Shown one piece after another: positions 37,567 through 48,721 of a DNA stretch of 64,000 nucleotides. Both the position numbers and the translations under genes were made by a program. The DNA lies in NCBI RefSeq assembly GCF_006345805.1, contig NC_043003.1:39866001-39930000 (forward strand), written 5' to 3'. The notes below the pieces were generated by a model. It was given only the letters and a program-made list of their open reading frames with translations, searched no databases and was not told the origin of the DNA. Source of the DNA: Octopus sinensis (taxonomy: Eukaryota). Every line of letters begins with the position of its first letter. Position 1 is the first letter of the stretch.

Positions 37567-37963
37567 TATATACGACAGGTTTCTTTCAGTTTCCTTTTAC
37601 CAAATCTGCTCACAAGGCTTTGGTCAGCCCAAGGTGCGTCACAGTGGGACTGAGCCTGGAACCATGTGGTTCATAAGCAAGCTACTTACCACACAGCCAC
37701 TTCTACACCTTATATGTAAAATACTACAATTAGCAAGCATTTTTGGCGGCACAGTGCCAGCTTGTGTATTAATATTTAAAGTGACTCATAATTTCTCCCT
37801 GTCTTTTCTTTTTTTTACAGAGAAGCGTCAAAAGTTTGATCACGGTGAAGATCCATTGGATCCGGAAAATCAGAACGAACATGGTGGCGGACCTTTCTGG
37901 CATCAGGGTTTCAATCCCTTTGAAAGTGGAGGAGGTTTTCAGTTCAAATTCCACTTCAACTGA
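8151..37963 (+). CDS. DNAJC3: DnaJ homolog subfamily C member 3 (P58IPK), complete spliced CDS, 11 exons, 1467 nt / 488 aa
   Basis: Eleven GT-AG exons join in phase with no stops. They give [56 protein letters not shown]... TPR repeats ...RDYYKILGV...[13 protein letters not shown]...[11 protein letters not shown]...FQFKFHFN*, colinear with vertebrate DNAJC3. Confidence 0.97.
11660..12625 (-). mobile_element. 5' part of a degenerate hAT transposon with a BED zinc finger
   Basis: The terminus is CAGTGGTGGGCATGGTTCCGCTAA at 12625. Minus-strand remnants read [35 protein letters not shown] (BED finger) and [24 protein letters not shown]. Confidence 0.7.
12740..14015 (+). mobile_element. RTE-clade LINE, 3' fragment (end of ORF, 3' UTR and (GAT)n tail)
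   Basis: Remnants read [47 protein letters not shown] and [13 protein letters not shown]. It ends in AAACGATGATGATG. Confidence 0.88.
14051..14430 (-). mobile_element. tRNA-derived SINE (GGCTGTGTGGTAAG...CCGACCAAAGCCTTGTGAGTGGATTTGGTAGACGGAAACTGAAAG family), near full length
   Basis: Same family as 18618-19215, 28090-28480, 37420-37700, 50090-50480, 54960-55640, 57675-57825 and 62690-62815. Confidence 0.85.
15760..16760 (+). mobile_element. Old RTE-clade LINE reverse transcriptase fragment
   Basis: [29 protein letters not shown]...[23 protein letters not shown] matches the RTE RT region before the FADD motif; heavily degraded. Confidence 0.75.
17513..17845 (+). mobile_element. Mariner 5' segment
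   Basis: TIR CAAGGTAGTATCAGAAAGTTCTTGGACTAG followed by the remnant [35 protein letters not shown]. Confidence 0.85.
17846..18136. repeat. Compound (TA)n / TGTATCACTATATAGTATGTATGTGTG minisatellite
   Basis: Three spaced copies of the unit among (TA)n; an inverted copy lies at 19541-19600. Confidence 0.9.
18138..19540 (-). mobile_element. Mariner middle and 3' segments in reverse orientation, interrupted by nested SINEs (18618-19215)
   Basis: 19226-19540 reads [33 protein letters not shown]. 18138-18607 reads [16 protein letters not shown] and ends in the matching TIR at 18138. Confidence 0.85.
20040..20585 (+). mobile_element. 5'-truncated RTE LINE 3' UTR/tail
   Basis: Same tail as 13540-14015. 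Other copies lie at about 4090-4300(+), 5725-5840(-), 10470-10590(+), 22960-23170(-), 30330-30565(+), 31050-31330(-), 32540-33165(+), 41020-41315(+) and 41780-42160(+). Confidence 0.85.
22222..22323 (+). CDS. DNAJC3: DNAJC3 exon 2
   Basis: tttacag| [34 protein letters not shown] |gtatgt; 102 nt, phase 1-1. Confidence 0.95.
24289..24413 (+). CDS. DNAJC3: DNAJC3 exon 3
   Basis: tttccag| [42 protein letters not shown] |gtaagt; 125 nt. Confidence 0.96.
24983..25100. repeat. (AAT/AGT) microsatellite with ~42-bp higher-order periodicity
   Basis: AATAGTAATAGTAATAATAATAATATTAATAGTAATAATAAT repeated ~2.7 times. Confidence 0.85.
25693..25767 (+). CDS. DNAJC3: DNAJC3 exon 4
   Basis: cttgtag| [25 protein letters not shown] |gtaagt; 75 nt. 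Confidence 0.96.
26395..27191. mobile_element. Fold-back (Mutator-like) non-autonomous element with ~300-bp TIRs
   Basis: Termini are GATCTTTTCCCTTTCAA / TTGAAAGGGAAAAGATC. The flanks AGAATTAATG / TGAATTAATG match 9 of 10 nt as a TSD. Mirror-image ORFs 26475+ and 27117- confirm the long inverted arms. Confidence 0.75.
27540..28640 (-). mobile_element. CR1-clade LINE 3' end, interrupted by a SINE (28090-28480)
   Basis: Minus strand reads [55 protein letters not shown]. Confidence 0.75.
28816..28959 (+). CDS. DNAJC3: DNAJC3 exon 5
   Basis: cgtatag| [48 protein letters not shown] |gttagt; 144 nt. Confidence 0.93.
30027..30208 (+). CDS. DNAJC3: DNAJC3 exon 6
   Basis: gttgcag| [61 protein letters not shown] |gtgagt; 182 nt. 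Confidence 0.96.
32126..32351 (+). CDS. DNAJC3: DNAJC3 exon 7
   Basis: atttcag| [25 protein letters not shown]...[10 protein letters not shown] |gtaagt; 226 nt. Confidence 0.95.
34286..34506. mobile_element. TTAA-flanked piggyBac-like MITE
   Basis: TTAA|CTCTGTAGCATT...AATGCTAAAAGG|TTAA. Further copies lie at 34511-35250 (reversed, split by the mariner), 36200-36416 and ~43995-44190. Confidence 0.7.
34539..35104 (+). mobile_element. Internally deleted mariner (566 bp)
   Basis: TIRs (C/T)TGGGTTGTCCGGAAAGTT(C/T)[25 protein letters not shown] is fused directly to [33 protein letters not shown]...GSYLVD*. Confidence 0.92.
35337..35457 (+). CDS. DNAJC3: DNAJC3 exon 8
   Basis: aacaaag| [40 protein letters not shown] |gtaagt; 121 nt. 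Confidence 0.95.
35748..35880 (+). CDS. DNAJC3: DNAJC3 exon 9 (start of J-domain)
   Basis: tctatag| [45 protein letters not shown] |gttggt; 133 nt. Confidence 0.95.
37122..37270 (+). CDS. DNAJC3: DNAJC3 exon 10 (J-domain HPD)
   Basis: ttgccag| [49 protein letters not shown] |gtgagt; 149 nt. Confidence 0.96.
37821..37963 (+). CDS. DNAJC3: DNAJC3 exon 11 (terminal coding exon)
   Basis: ttttacag| [47 protein letters not shown]; 143 nt including TGA. Confidence 0.96.
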
Positions 37964-38828
37964 AAACAAAACAAAAAAAAATGGAGAGAAAAAACAAACA
38001 AAACAAAACAAAAAAAACACCTTCCCATAAAAGAAAGAGAAATGACTTCTCTCTTCCTCCTCTTTCTACCCCCTCTTTTTTTAAAGATTTTTTTTTTTTT
38101 ACATACATTTTTTTGTACTGCTACACCTTTGCCTACCCTAACCTCACTCCTTCCACACGTACTCACACACTTTGACCTCTGATACCATTCCACATTCACC
38201 ATCTTACCTTTCTCTCTCTCTCTCTGTAACTATCTATCTAACGTGTGGGTAGTAGTAGGAGGGTGAGATAAATGATAGTGGTGATGGTGGTGTTGATGGA
38301 CATGTAGAGGACAAAGGCGGTTGTGGCGGTGGTGGTCGTAGGTGGAGTTTGATTGGTTAAGGTGATGGACATTGTGATACTGTGTGATGTGATGTGGTGG
38401 AGGTGGCATTCTGGAGCAGTGGTGGTGGTGGTGGAGTTGTAGGGTATGGCCACGCCCATCCCACCACACACATACACATGCCCATACAGACGCACACTCT
38501 CACATGCATACACACAAACATACAAAAAGCGGACATCTTGATAAACTGTTGGTTGTAAATAAAATATAATAATAATAAAAAGAAACTATGTATTGATGGT
38601 GATGATGATGATGATAGGGTGGTGGTTGGCAGGGGTGATGGTGATGGTGATGATGGTTAGGATGGGGATAGGAGTGGCGGTGGTGGTGGTGGAGTTTACA
38701 TTGATAATGATGAGATGTTTCATCATATATTTCAGAGGTGAATATTTTGATTGAAGTAAATATTCTGTTTGTGTTTGTAATTGCGTGTGTTGCATTATTG
38801 TGTGTGCTTGTGTATGTGATTTTGGTGT

Positions 38829-38876
<48 letters not shown>

Positions 38877-41800
38877 TTGGAATACTCTGTGTGTGTGTGT
38901 GATGCTGTACACAAGTTTGTGAGAATCACAAACACATACTGAATTTGTGATTCTGTGCATACATAATTGTATTGGTGTGTCTGTGTATGTATGTGTGTGT
39001 GTCAGTTGTTTTTCTATATCCCTTTTTCTCTCTTTCATATAACCCCCTGCACACACACACACACACTGTATTTGTGGCCCTACACTCACCACCCTCCTTA
39101 TTGATCTCTATTACCATCATCATCGGGGATGCATAATCTAATAGAAACTGCAGCCTGTTACCCTCATATCACACTCTACTGTTTTAGAAAAACAAAAAGA
39201 ATGTAATCGTGAATACTCCTGAATAGACAGGATGATCACAGCTGGAATGTCTTATGATAAAAGATCTGCCCAATCTGGGCTGAACGACATCATCACAAAC
39301 CTTTCAAAGGACTTTTGTTATATTTCTAATTTCTTAATTTAAAAAAAAAAAATATTTTTGTTATTTTTTATTCTAAAAGTACCCCTCTTTTCTGTCACTC
39401 TTCATCATCGATTTTGGTTACATGGCCTGCTAGAAGTAGTAGCCAGGTCACACTCAAATCGCACCATTGTGTTTCATGAAGAAAGATTCTTTGGACAATG
39501 TAGTCCCTGACATACAAAAAAAAAAGATGGGATGGTCATGGTTAGAACTCCTTTGATCATAGGTCTGTTCAGTCAGGGCTGACCTTGGACTGAGCAACAA
39601 TTATGACACATGACTTTTGTTCAAACTGATCTTGATCTCCTCTTTCTCATCCTCATCCACCTTTATATCTGTGTTATTGTTGTTGTTGTAATCCTCTGAT
39701 CCTTCTGTAAGCTTTTTCACGTGGAGAAAGTTTTGAGTAAAAACTTGGAAAATAAGTCAAGAGCTGAGGAGGAGGGGGAGAATGTGGGTCTCAACCCATC
39801 TTCTTTGTGTGTGTAATCTGTTTAGTGTTAACTGTTGGAAAAAAAGGGGTACTTAATTCTATAGTAGAGATCCTGTGCACCCACAGGTGACACTTGGGAG
39901 TAGCAAGAGAATGACTCAACAAAAATATAATATTTGATATGTATATATATATATTAAATACACATGCCTACATGCATGTTCATGTGTGTGTGTAAATTTA
40001 TATATAAATGTGAGTGTATGTAATAAAACATCCCTTTCTTCAGAAATGGGTAAGGTTTGGTGACAGGAAGAACATTTGGTTGTAAAAATCTTGCCTCAAT
40101 AACCCCCTGTTCAAATCCCATGCTAGCATGGGAAAATGGATGATAAATGAACAAAAAGTGTGTGCGTGTGTGTATACATATATATATATATATATATATT
40201 TATCAAAAGAAAAACAGGATGCAAAGGATTTAGCGGTACATATGTTTCTGGCTTTATTGGACAGTTTATATCAATGCATAAAGCCAGAAACATATGTACT
40301 ACTGAATCCTTTGCATCCTGTTTTTCTTTTGATAAATATACCCTATCACCTACACCACTAACTGGCATATACAGGTGCTTACAGTTATCAAGTATTCACC
40401 CTGAATTTTTTATATATATATACACACACATATGCACAAATGTACATAATGTATTCATATACACATACACTCATAAATATATTCATATCCACACAGACAT
40501 ATATATATGTGTGTGTGTTAGATGTTTGGTTGTACAAACTGAGGGAAAATGTACACCACACATACATACACACAAAATATTTGTTTTTGTCGGGGACATT
40601 ATTAAAACATTTTAAAGTAAATAAAAGAATTGAATTGAACTCATTTCCCCAGTCAGCATCATTACTACTACAACTACTACTACAACGACAACAACAACAA
40701 CAATACAAAGAATGAAGAGATGAGGATTTAGAAAGTATATAGATGGTTTGATTTTTACCTCTTTGTAAATAAGTTGAATGTAATGTAATAATGGTGATGG
40801 TGTGCTGGGACAGGTGTAAATTAAAGGTGAGTTAAAAGTTGTTTTTGGCTTTGTTGTTACCTGTTTGATCCAGGTTCAGTATTGTTCTTCATTTCCTAAG
40901 ATTTTTCATCTCCCTCCTTCTCTTTCTATTATCTCCTTCTCTCTTCTCTATTTTGTTTACGTCCCTATTATCTCTTTCTCTTCTATTTTCTTCCTGTGTT
41001 TGTGTTATTGTCATTCCTAGCCGGTGGCATGTAAAAGACACCATTCAAGCGTGATCGTTACCAGCATCGACTTACTGGCACCTGTGCTGGTGGCATGTGT
41101 AAAAGATTCGAGTGAGGTTGTTGCCAGTACCCCCTGACTGGCATGTAAAAGCACCCACTACATGAGTGGTTGGCATTAGGAAGGGCATCCAGCTATAGAA
41201 ACTCTGCCAGATCAAGATTGAAGCTTGGTGCAGCCATCTGGTTCACCAGACTTCAGTCATTTGTCCAACCCATGCTAGCATGGAAAGCAGACGTTAAACG
41301 ATGATGATGATGATTTCCTTCTACAGTCTTCTATCTTTATTAATATCCTTCCTCGCTATCTCTCTCTCTCTGTACCACACTCTTCTCTCATTTTTTCTCA
41401 CCTTCAACTTTTTTTCCTATTCTTTTTTGTTTATTATTGACCTGGAATGTAAATGTAATTTTATTCTTTCTTAAACACAAGTTTTTCAGGCTCACATCCA
41501 TTTAGTACCAAAGCTGTCTTAACAGCATTATACACCTCTGAGCCCTATATCATTTTTTTTATTGACAGCAAACCACAACATACATAGATTAGAATTGGGC
41601 TCTTAGACCCTGTGAGGTTCCTGGGTAACTGCCCGGTGTACTCATGCCTTAAGATGGCACTGGTTACCACTGTGACCTGATGTCACTGAAATTGGTATCA
41701 AAGATTATTTCAAAGAGGCAGTAAAAATTAAACGTGGAGTCCCTAGTGGCAATTATTATTACTGTTAGAAACACCATTTCGACCCTGTGCTTGAGGAAAC

Positions 41801-43349
41801 CTATTGAGTCAAGTACATCAACATTAAAAATCAATGGAAATTGTAGTTGTGATCCCTGTGCCGGTGGCACATAAAAAGCACCATCCGAACGTGGCCGATA
41901 CCAGCGCCGCCTTGACTGGCTTCTGTGCTGGTGGCACGTAAAAAGCACCAACCGATCGTGGCCGTTGCCAGCCTCGCCTGGCACGTAAAAAGCACTCACT
42001 ACAATCACGGAGTGGTTGACGTTAGAGGGCATCCACCTGTAAAAACACTGCCAGATCAGACTGTAGCCTGATGCAGCCTTCTGGCTTCCCAGACCCCGGT
42101 CGAACCATCCAACCCATGCCAGCATGGAAAACGGACGTTAAACAATGATGATGATGATGAAGCCTTAGATAATGGCAGGGTGCGGTGTTTAAATTTAAGA
42201 GCAATGAAGAAGGTGCACTATATATATATATATATATATATATACATACACGCAAATATACATATATATGTAAATATATGTATATATATTACTCATTATA
42301 AAGATCCTATATATATCTATATACATATATAGTCATTTGTAGCCATGTATGGCATCATTTCAATCTTGTTTGAAATCATCATGACACAACCCTCTGCAAA
42401 AATGTTGCACTTCATGAATCATTTAATGAAAGAAGATAGATTAAACGACATTCAAAGAATGTGTTTTTCTTTCTTCTTGCTGTCCTTGATACCATTTATA
42501 CGCTAATGAGTCAGAAGTTTCTTTTTATAAAGAGCAAACAAGGATCAAATGATGTGCAAACTAAAAGTATTAGCTAGTTGTAGAGCATTAAACTTCTGCT
42601 ATTGGGGAAATGACTTTCCTTAATATGTAGGAATGGAGTATTAGGGGACGTGACATTGATACTCAATATAAGCAATTGATGCACTGGAGGGGCAGTAAAA
42701 TTTCTAAAAGTTTCTCAAGGAACCAGAACTTTGGATGTTTAGAATGTACAGGGGTAGTTAACTACAGGGACTTGGCTAGTTGTGTTTTAAAGTAGGTTTT
42801 GCTCAGAAGTTGAATTGTATCTGTGTATGGTGAAAGCTTTCTGAGGAATTATATATCGATCCAATCATTTTTAATTCACTGCTGCATGGAATCTCAGCAT
42901 CTGTGTTGGTTTGAGGCCTGCTTGGCCCCATGGGCCATGTGTAAGTTGAATAGAGTGCTATATGGTTAGGAGATTAGCCAAGTCCATAATAACTAGGTTT
43001 AAAGGAGTATATGGTGCAAAGTAATAATGGTGTCAAATTTTGACACAGGGTCAGCAGTTTTTGAAGGGATAAGGTAGTTGATTACGTTGGCCCCAAAAGG
43101 ATGAAAAACAAAGTTGACCTCATTGGAATTTCAACTTGGGATATAAGGTACTAATCCTTATTATAATAGGCACAAAGCATGAAATTTTAAGGGAGGGGGT
43201 TAGTCGATTACATCGACCCCAGTGCTTGACTGGTACTTATTTTATTGACCCTGAAAGGATGAAAGGTAAAGTTGATCCTGGTGGAATTTGAACTCAGAAT
43301 GTAAAGAGCAAGAGGAGTAAGGTAATAATAAAAAGTGGTTGCAATAGAT

Positions 43350-43606
43350 CAGTGGTTCTCAACTGGGGTCCTTATGGCCCTTGAGGGGCCATATAAAATT
43401 CCGTTGTTAAAATTCATCGGCAATAAATTGGTTAAACTTCCACAATACACCAAATATTAAAATTTTTTTTTTACAATTCCTAATAATCTTTCATTATAAA
43501 AATACAGTGAGATTTTTTTTATATACTATGAATGGTTATGAAGGTCCAGGAGAGTAAAATAGGAATCAAAGGGATCTATAGGCGAAAAGATGGTTGAGAA
43601 TCACTG
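43350..43606. mobile_element. hAT/Charlie-type MITE
   Basis: TIRs CAGTGGTTCTCAAC / GTTGAGAATCACTG; 8-bp flanks CAATAGAT / CAATCGAG. Confidence 0.75.
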
Positions 43607-44192
43607 CAATCGAGGAAGATATGGAAACAAGGGGTGAGATTAAATTTGAGAATATTCTTTTCTGCTCTAGGCACATGGCCCAAAATTTGGGCGGGGGGTG
43701 TTGGTGGGGGCAGTTAATTTGGTTGCCCGATATGCAACTGGTGCTTAATTTATCAACCCCAAAATGATAAAAGGCAAAGTCAACCTCAGAAGAATTTGAA
43801 CTCAGAACATAAAGACACATGAAATACTGCTAAGCATTTTGCCTGGCGTGCTAACGTTTCTGCCAGCCTGCCGGCTTCAAATTTGAGAATATTAAACAAG
43901 ATGATGAGATGACACAAGCTCAAGTTGGAGCTGAATCATGATGTTTAAAGAAGCAGTCGGTAACTTTATAAAGCCTTGTGTTAATACTCTTGACACTTTA
44001 ACCTGTCTAATGTAATGCTTTTTTATTCACATTGTTTTGAATTAATCATACATCATCTTGGGGCTTTGAGATTTTGATGATGTGAATGTTTACTTTTAGT
44101 ATGACATTGTAGGGTAGGTGTAAGAGGCTGGATCTTGACAGTTTGAACATAAAACATGTAAAAAATATTTGGGCCAGATATGGTGGGTTTAA

Positions 44193-44413
44193 CCCTTTCG
44201 TTACCATATTTATTTTGAGATGCTCTGTTTCGTTCAATTAATTTTAAATATAACAAAGAATATTTAGTAAAATAACTTAGTTATCATTAAGCTAGTGTTA
44301 AGAGCATAAATTGTGACTAAGGTTTGGTGGATGATTTTTATTCAAAACTAATGATAACAAGACATTTGTACTACAGAGCCAGAGGTGGTTCAGCCAGGTT
44401 GGTATCGAAAGGG
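44193..44413. mobile_element. piggyBac-like MITE
   Basis: TTAA|CCCTTTCGTTACC...GGTATCGAAAGGG|TTAA; a partial copy lies at ~800-968. Confidence 0.75.
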
Positions 44414-46744
44414 TTAAATATTGTAGTTTTAAGGGAAGAAAACAAAAGTGAAAGCTTCATCAGAACTAAGGATTCTTTGTTTGAATAACGATTATATCTG
44501 CTGGTTCTTGCAGAAAGATTGGTTTCAAATTTTGGCACAAGGCCAGCAATGTGTGGGGGGACATTTACATTGACTCCAGTACTCAACCCGTACTTGTTTT
44601 ATCGACCCTGAAAGGATAAAAGTTAAAACCAGCCTTAAGAATAAGGAATTTTGCCTAATTAAGAAGATGGAATAACATAATGTTAAAAACATTTAACTGT
44701 ATATTGTCTTGGAATTACATAGGTATGAGGACACACATATGAAGAAAAAAAAGAAAACAATATGAATCATAGCCTTCGACTTTTTCTATCTGAAGTATTT
44801 TTTAACCTAATATTTACACTTGCTTCCTAAGTACAAGGTTCTGGATTCAGTCCTACTGTGTGGCATCTTGGACAAGTAAGTGTCTTCTACTATAGCCTCA
44901 GGATGACCAAAGCATTATGAGTGGATTTGGTAGACAGAAACTGAAATTTGCATAGGTATATGAGTGAATGCTGAAAAGTTACTGGCTTTGGATAAAATGA
45001 AATGGGAAATATGCTGAATAAAATCATAGGGAAATATGTTGGAGAAAATCATAATTATGATTTTATTCAGCATATTTCCCTCCCAGATTCATACACTTAT
45101 TGCAACTGTCCTTCACTTTTTCTAAGCCCTGTAAAAGAACTTGGAAGATTGGGCCTCCAACCAGGCCTTTCGTGACACCCTTAAAGACAGGTACTTTTCA
45201 GCACTCCCTCGTATATATCTGTGTGTGTGTGTGTGTTTGTCCCCCCCCCCCCACCACCACCGCTTGACAACTGGTATTGGTTTGTTTACGTTCCCGTAAC
45301 TTAGCGGTTCGGCAAAAGTGGCTCATAGATAAGTACCAGGCATTACAAAAATAAATAAATAAAAAAAATAAATGCTGGGGTAGATAAGTTCGGCTAAATT
45401 TCTTCAAGGATGTGCCCAGCATGGCCGCAGACTGAAATAAGTAAAAGATAAAAGATGAGTTGCAAATGCATGTCACCGTCGTAGAGGCGGTGTCATTTAT
45501 TTCCACGTCCGGCCATGGGGAAATATTACCTTGCTTGGAAACAGTTGATAATTAGTGATATGATGGAGATCCGAGATCCCACCGTAAAATTCTACCTCAA
45601 CGAACTCCGTCCAATCTATGAAAGCATGGAAAAATGGACATTAAAACAGTGATTATATATCGGGAAGACGACAATTTTGGAATCAAGACCAGTCATTATA
45701 TAAGGGAGGTTACTCCTTAAATACTTTTTCATAACAAAAAAGTCTCTGGTAATTTTTTCCCTTTGATTATAACTTTGCTGTCTATCACAACTAACATATG
45801 AGTTTCCAACAATTTATATCCAAGTATGTTTTGTCTTTAGTTGTTATTGTTTAGTCCCAAGTCAGTTTTGAGAGAATAAATCTATGATCAAAGATATTTC
45901 AACCGTAATCAACCATTATTTATTTTATTCATATTTTTTTTTAAATATCTGTGACTACCTAATCCGGTGCATCCGTCTAATTTTTTTTTAAGACAGAAGA
46001 GTACGACAAAGGGATACTTGACTAATATTCTTAACAGATCGAGCTACCATTAACTCTGACCTAGTAGATACACGATCAAGAGCATTCAAGCTACGATCAT
46101 CCCGTCTTGTTTATGCGAGGCGAACCTACCGTACTTTTTCTAAGATTTGAAAGAGATTTGACTATTGTTTCTAGCAGGTCGAGCAACCACACACGTTCCT
46201 GCGTTAGATTACGTTATATGGTTGGTAAGATAGGTGAAGGAAAGCATTCGTTGTCGTTATCATCATCATCTTCTCCACTATCACAGTTACAACTATCATC
46301 ATTACGAAGCGGTCGCTCTACGTGGTCGCTCGATCTGTTAGAAATATCGGCACATGTCAACACAATTTCTAGTTAACTAAACACTTTAAAACTTCGTATA
46401 CTGGTACAATGTGTCAAAATAAAACATTTTTCTTGGCTTTCTTGATAAAATTGTAATTCGTTTGTTTAACGTAGTCTAATTTTTCGAATTTTAACCAATC
46501 AATCGCCTCTAATTGAGCTAAAATCATTTGCTGCGTCTAAAACTGAGACAACATCCTGTCACTAACCCTAACCCTCACCCTCACCCTAACCCTAATTTTT
46601 TTTTCTTAATTAAATTAATTTAAGGATAACAATTAAGAAAAAAAAACGAAAGGCTAAAACGAAAGCAATGGAAAATAACTTAAACAATTAACAAACAAAA
46701 TAATTCTATAATTTTATACACACGCTTTCCGTATACGTTTAACT

Positions 46745-46821
<77 letters not shown>

Positions 46822-46851
46822 TTAAACGCAGGTGTTATTCAAATTCTTTTA

Positions 46852-46938
46852 CTTCCGACACATGTTTCGAAGATATCACTGGTATTATTCCAAAGGAATA
46901 AAATGGTGTAAAACAATGTAATCTCCTCTTCTGGGAAA
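46852..46938 (-). ncRNA. Degenerate type-I hammerhead motif with a long stem II
   Basis: Minus strand: UUUCC-CAGAAGA-GGAGAU...AUCUUC-GAAA-CAUGU-GUC^GGAAG, with one core substitution (U4A). Confidence 0.5.
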
Positions 46939-47560
46939 TGAAGAAATGAAACTCGTCAATAAGACATTTTAACAGAAAATGATGGATATGTATAGTGATT
47001 AAATGAACGCTATTAAGTTTGTTTTAAAAAAAACGTTAGCGGATATAACGTTAAAGGTAGCCTATAGAAAGAGGAGGGGTAAACCCCCCCCCAAAAAAAA
47101 AATAATAAATTAGAAGTATATAACTACATGTATATTAAATAAAACCATATAGACTTGGAAAAAGATATATCTAGTGAAGTAAGAAGAAAATTAATGTTTA
47201 AATTATATATAATGATAGATATCACTTATATGAACTAAAGGTGTGTTTCTGCCAATGTTTACATCGCTATAATGCTCTATAACCGTGTTTACAAGGGGAT
47301 TTCTAGAAAAAAGAATTAAATTTAGTTCAGAATTACAGAGAAGACAGAATTCCTTGCCTTTGTCATAATGTATCGAGATTGAGAGAATCAGCAATTCTAA
47401 ATTAAATTATTTATTGTGGTCTTTTAGATACCAAATTAATTTACTAAGCCCTGTACTGTTACGTTTATTCTTACCCCTAAATGTAGGGTAATGATTAGAA
47501 ATTCTTTTAGATAACTGAGAAGATGAGCTGCCTATATAAAAAAATACTTCATTACCATTT

Positions 47561-47608
<48 letters not shown>

Positions 47609-47609
<1 letters not shown>

Positions 47610-47838
47610 TAAAGTCTATTTGCCAACGCAAAGTGCAGTCCTACGTAGGACGATGTTATTACTATTTAGTCCAAGAAAAACATCTTTTCCAGCTGGCTGC
47701 CGACACATGACCTGTGTCCGTATATTGTGAGCAAAGGAGCCTACTACTCCGTAGACTCCGTAGATGTTTTGCTTGGACTAAAAAGTAATAACATCGTCCT
47801 ACGTAGGACTGCACTTTGCGTTGGCAAATAGACTTTAC
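47609..47838. mobile_element. TA-flanked MITE with 77-bp near-perfect TIRs
   Basis: GTAAAGTCTATTTGCCAACGCAAAGTGCAGTCCTACGTAGGACG... is repeated in inverted form with 2 mismatches, with TA on both sides. Confidence 0.8.
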
Positions 47839-48721
47839 TATACAGTACTGTTACTACATATCTCTCACCCAGAAATTTAAAACTAGTTGTTTTTCTTTTC
47901 ACACACACACACATATATATAATGGACTGGCCTCCTCCCACCAAATTTCGGGCTAGGTGCCTAGAGTAGAAAATAATATAATGGTCACCTCAAATGCGGC
48001 GACCTGGCAGAATCGTTAGCACACCGAACAAAGTGCTTAGCGGCATTTCATCCGTCTGTACGTTCTGAGTTCAAATTCCGTTGAGATTGACTTGTCTTTC
48101 ACCTATTCGGGATCGATAAAATAAGTACCATTTAAGTGCCGGGGTCGATATAATCGACTTGACCCCTTACTCGAAATTGCTGGCCTTGTGCCAAGATTTG
48201 AAATCAATATGTACATTATGTAGTCTATAGTGGAGGCACATGGCCTAGTGATTAGAGCAGCGGACTCGCGGTCGAGGGATCACGGGTTCGAATCTCAGAC
48301 CGGGCGATGTGTGTGTTTATGAGCGAAACACCTAAGCTCCACGCGACTCCGGCAGAAGGTAATGGCGAACTTCTGCTGACTCTTTCGCCGCAACTTTCTC
48401 TCACTCTTTCCTCCCGTCCCGTCCAGGTGGGGGAAACTATACGCCAAGGAAACCGGCCCTTATGAGCCAGACATGGCTCGAGAAGGAACAATGTAGTCTA
48501 TGATTCAATCGTTATTCTACATTGTTATTTTCTACAATAAATGCTCTCCCTCATTTCGCAAATATTGTATATTTATTCCAAAATACCAAAATGTATGAAT
48601 ATTTGTACATGGGTACACGATCTTACTACAGGTTACATATACAGTAATACCTCACTTTACGAGGATCCACTTTACGAGTTTTATTTTTCAAGCGCAAGAT
48701 CTAAATTTGGAACTAAGTGTA

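Noticed and set aside
38558-38579. AATAAA hexamers as the DNAJC3 poly(A) site
   Set aside because: They are plausible but sit in a generally A/T-rich run and cannot be fixed without 3'-end data.
46561-46596. (CCCTAA)-like repeats as a telomere or fusion scar
   Set aside because: The tract is short, degenerate and attached to an arm of the same fold-back family as 26395-27191.
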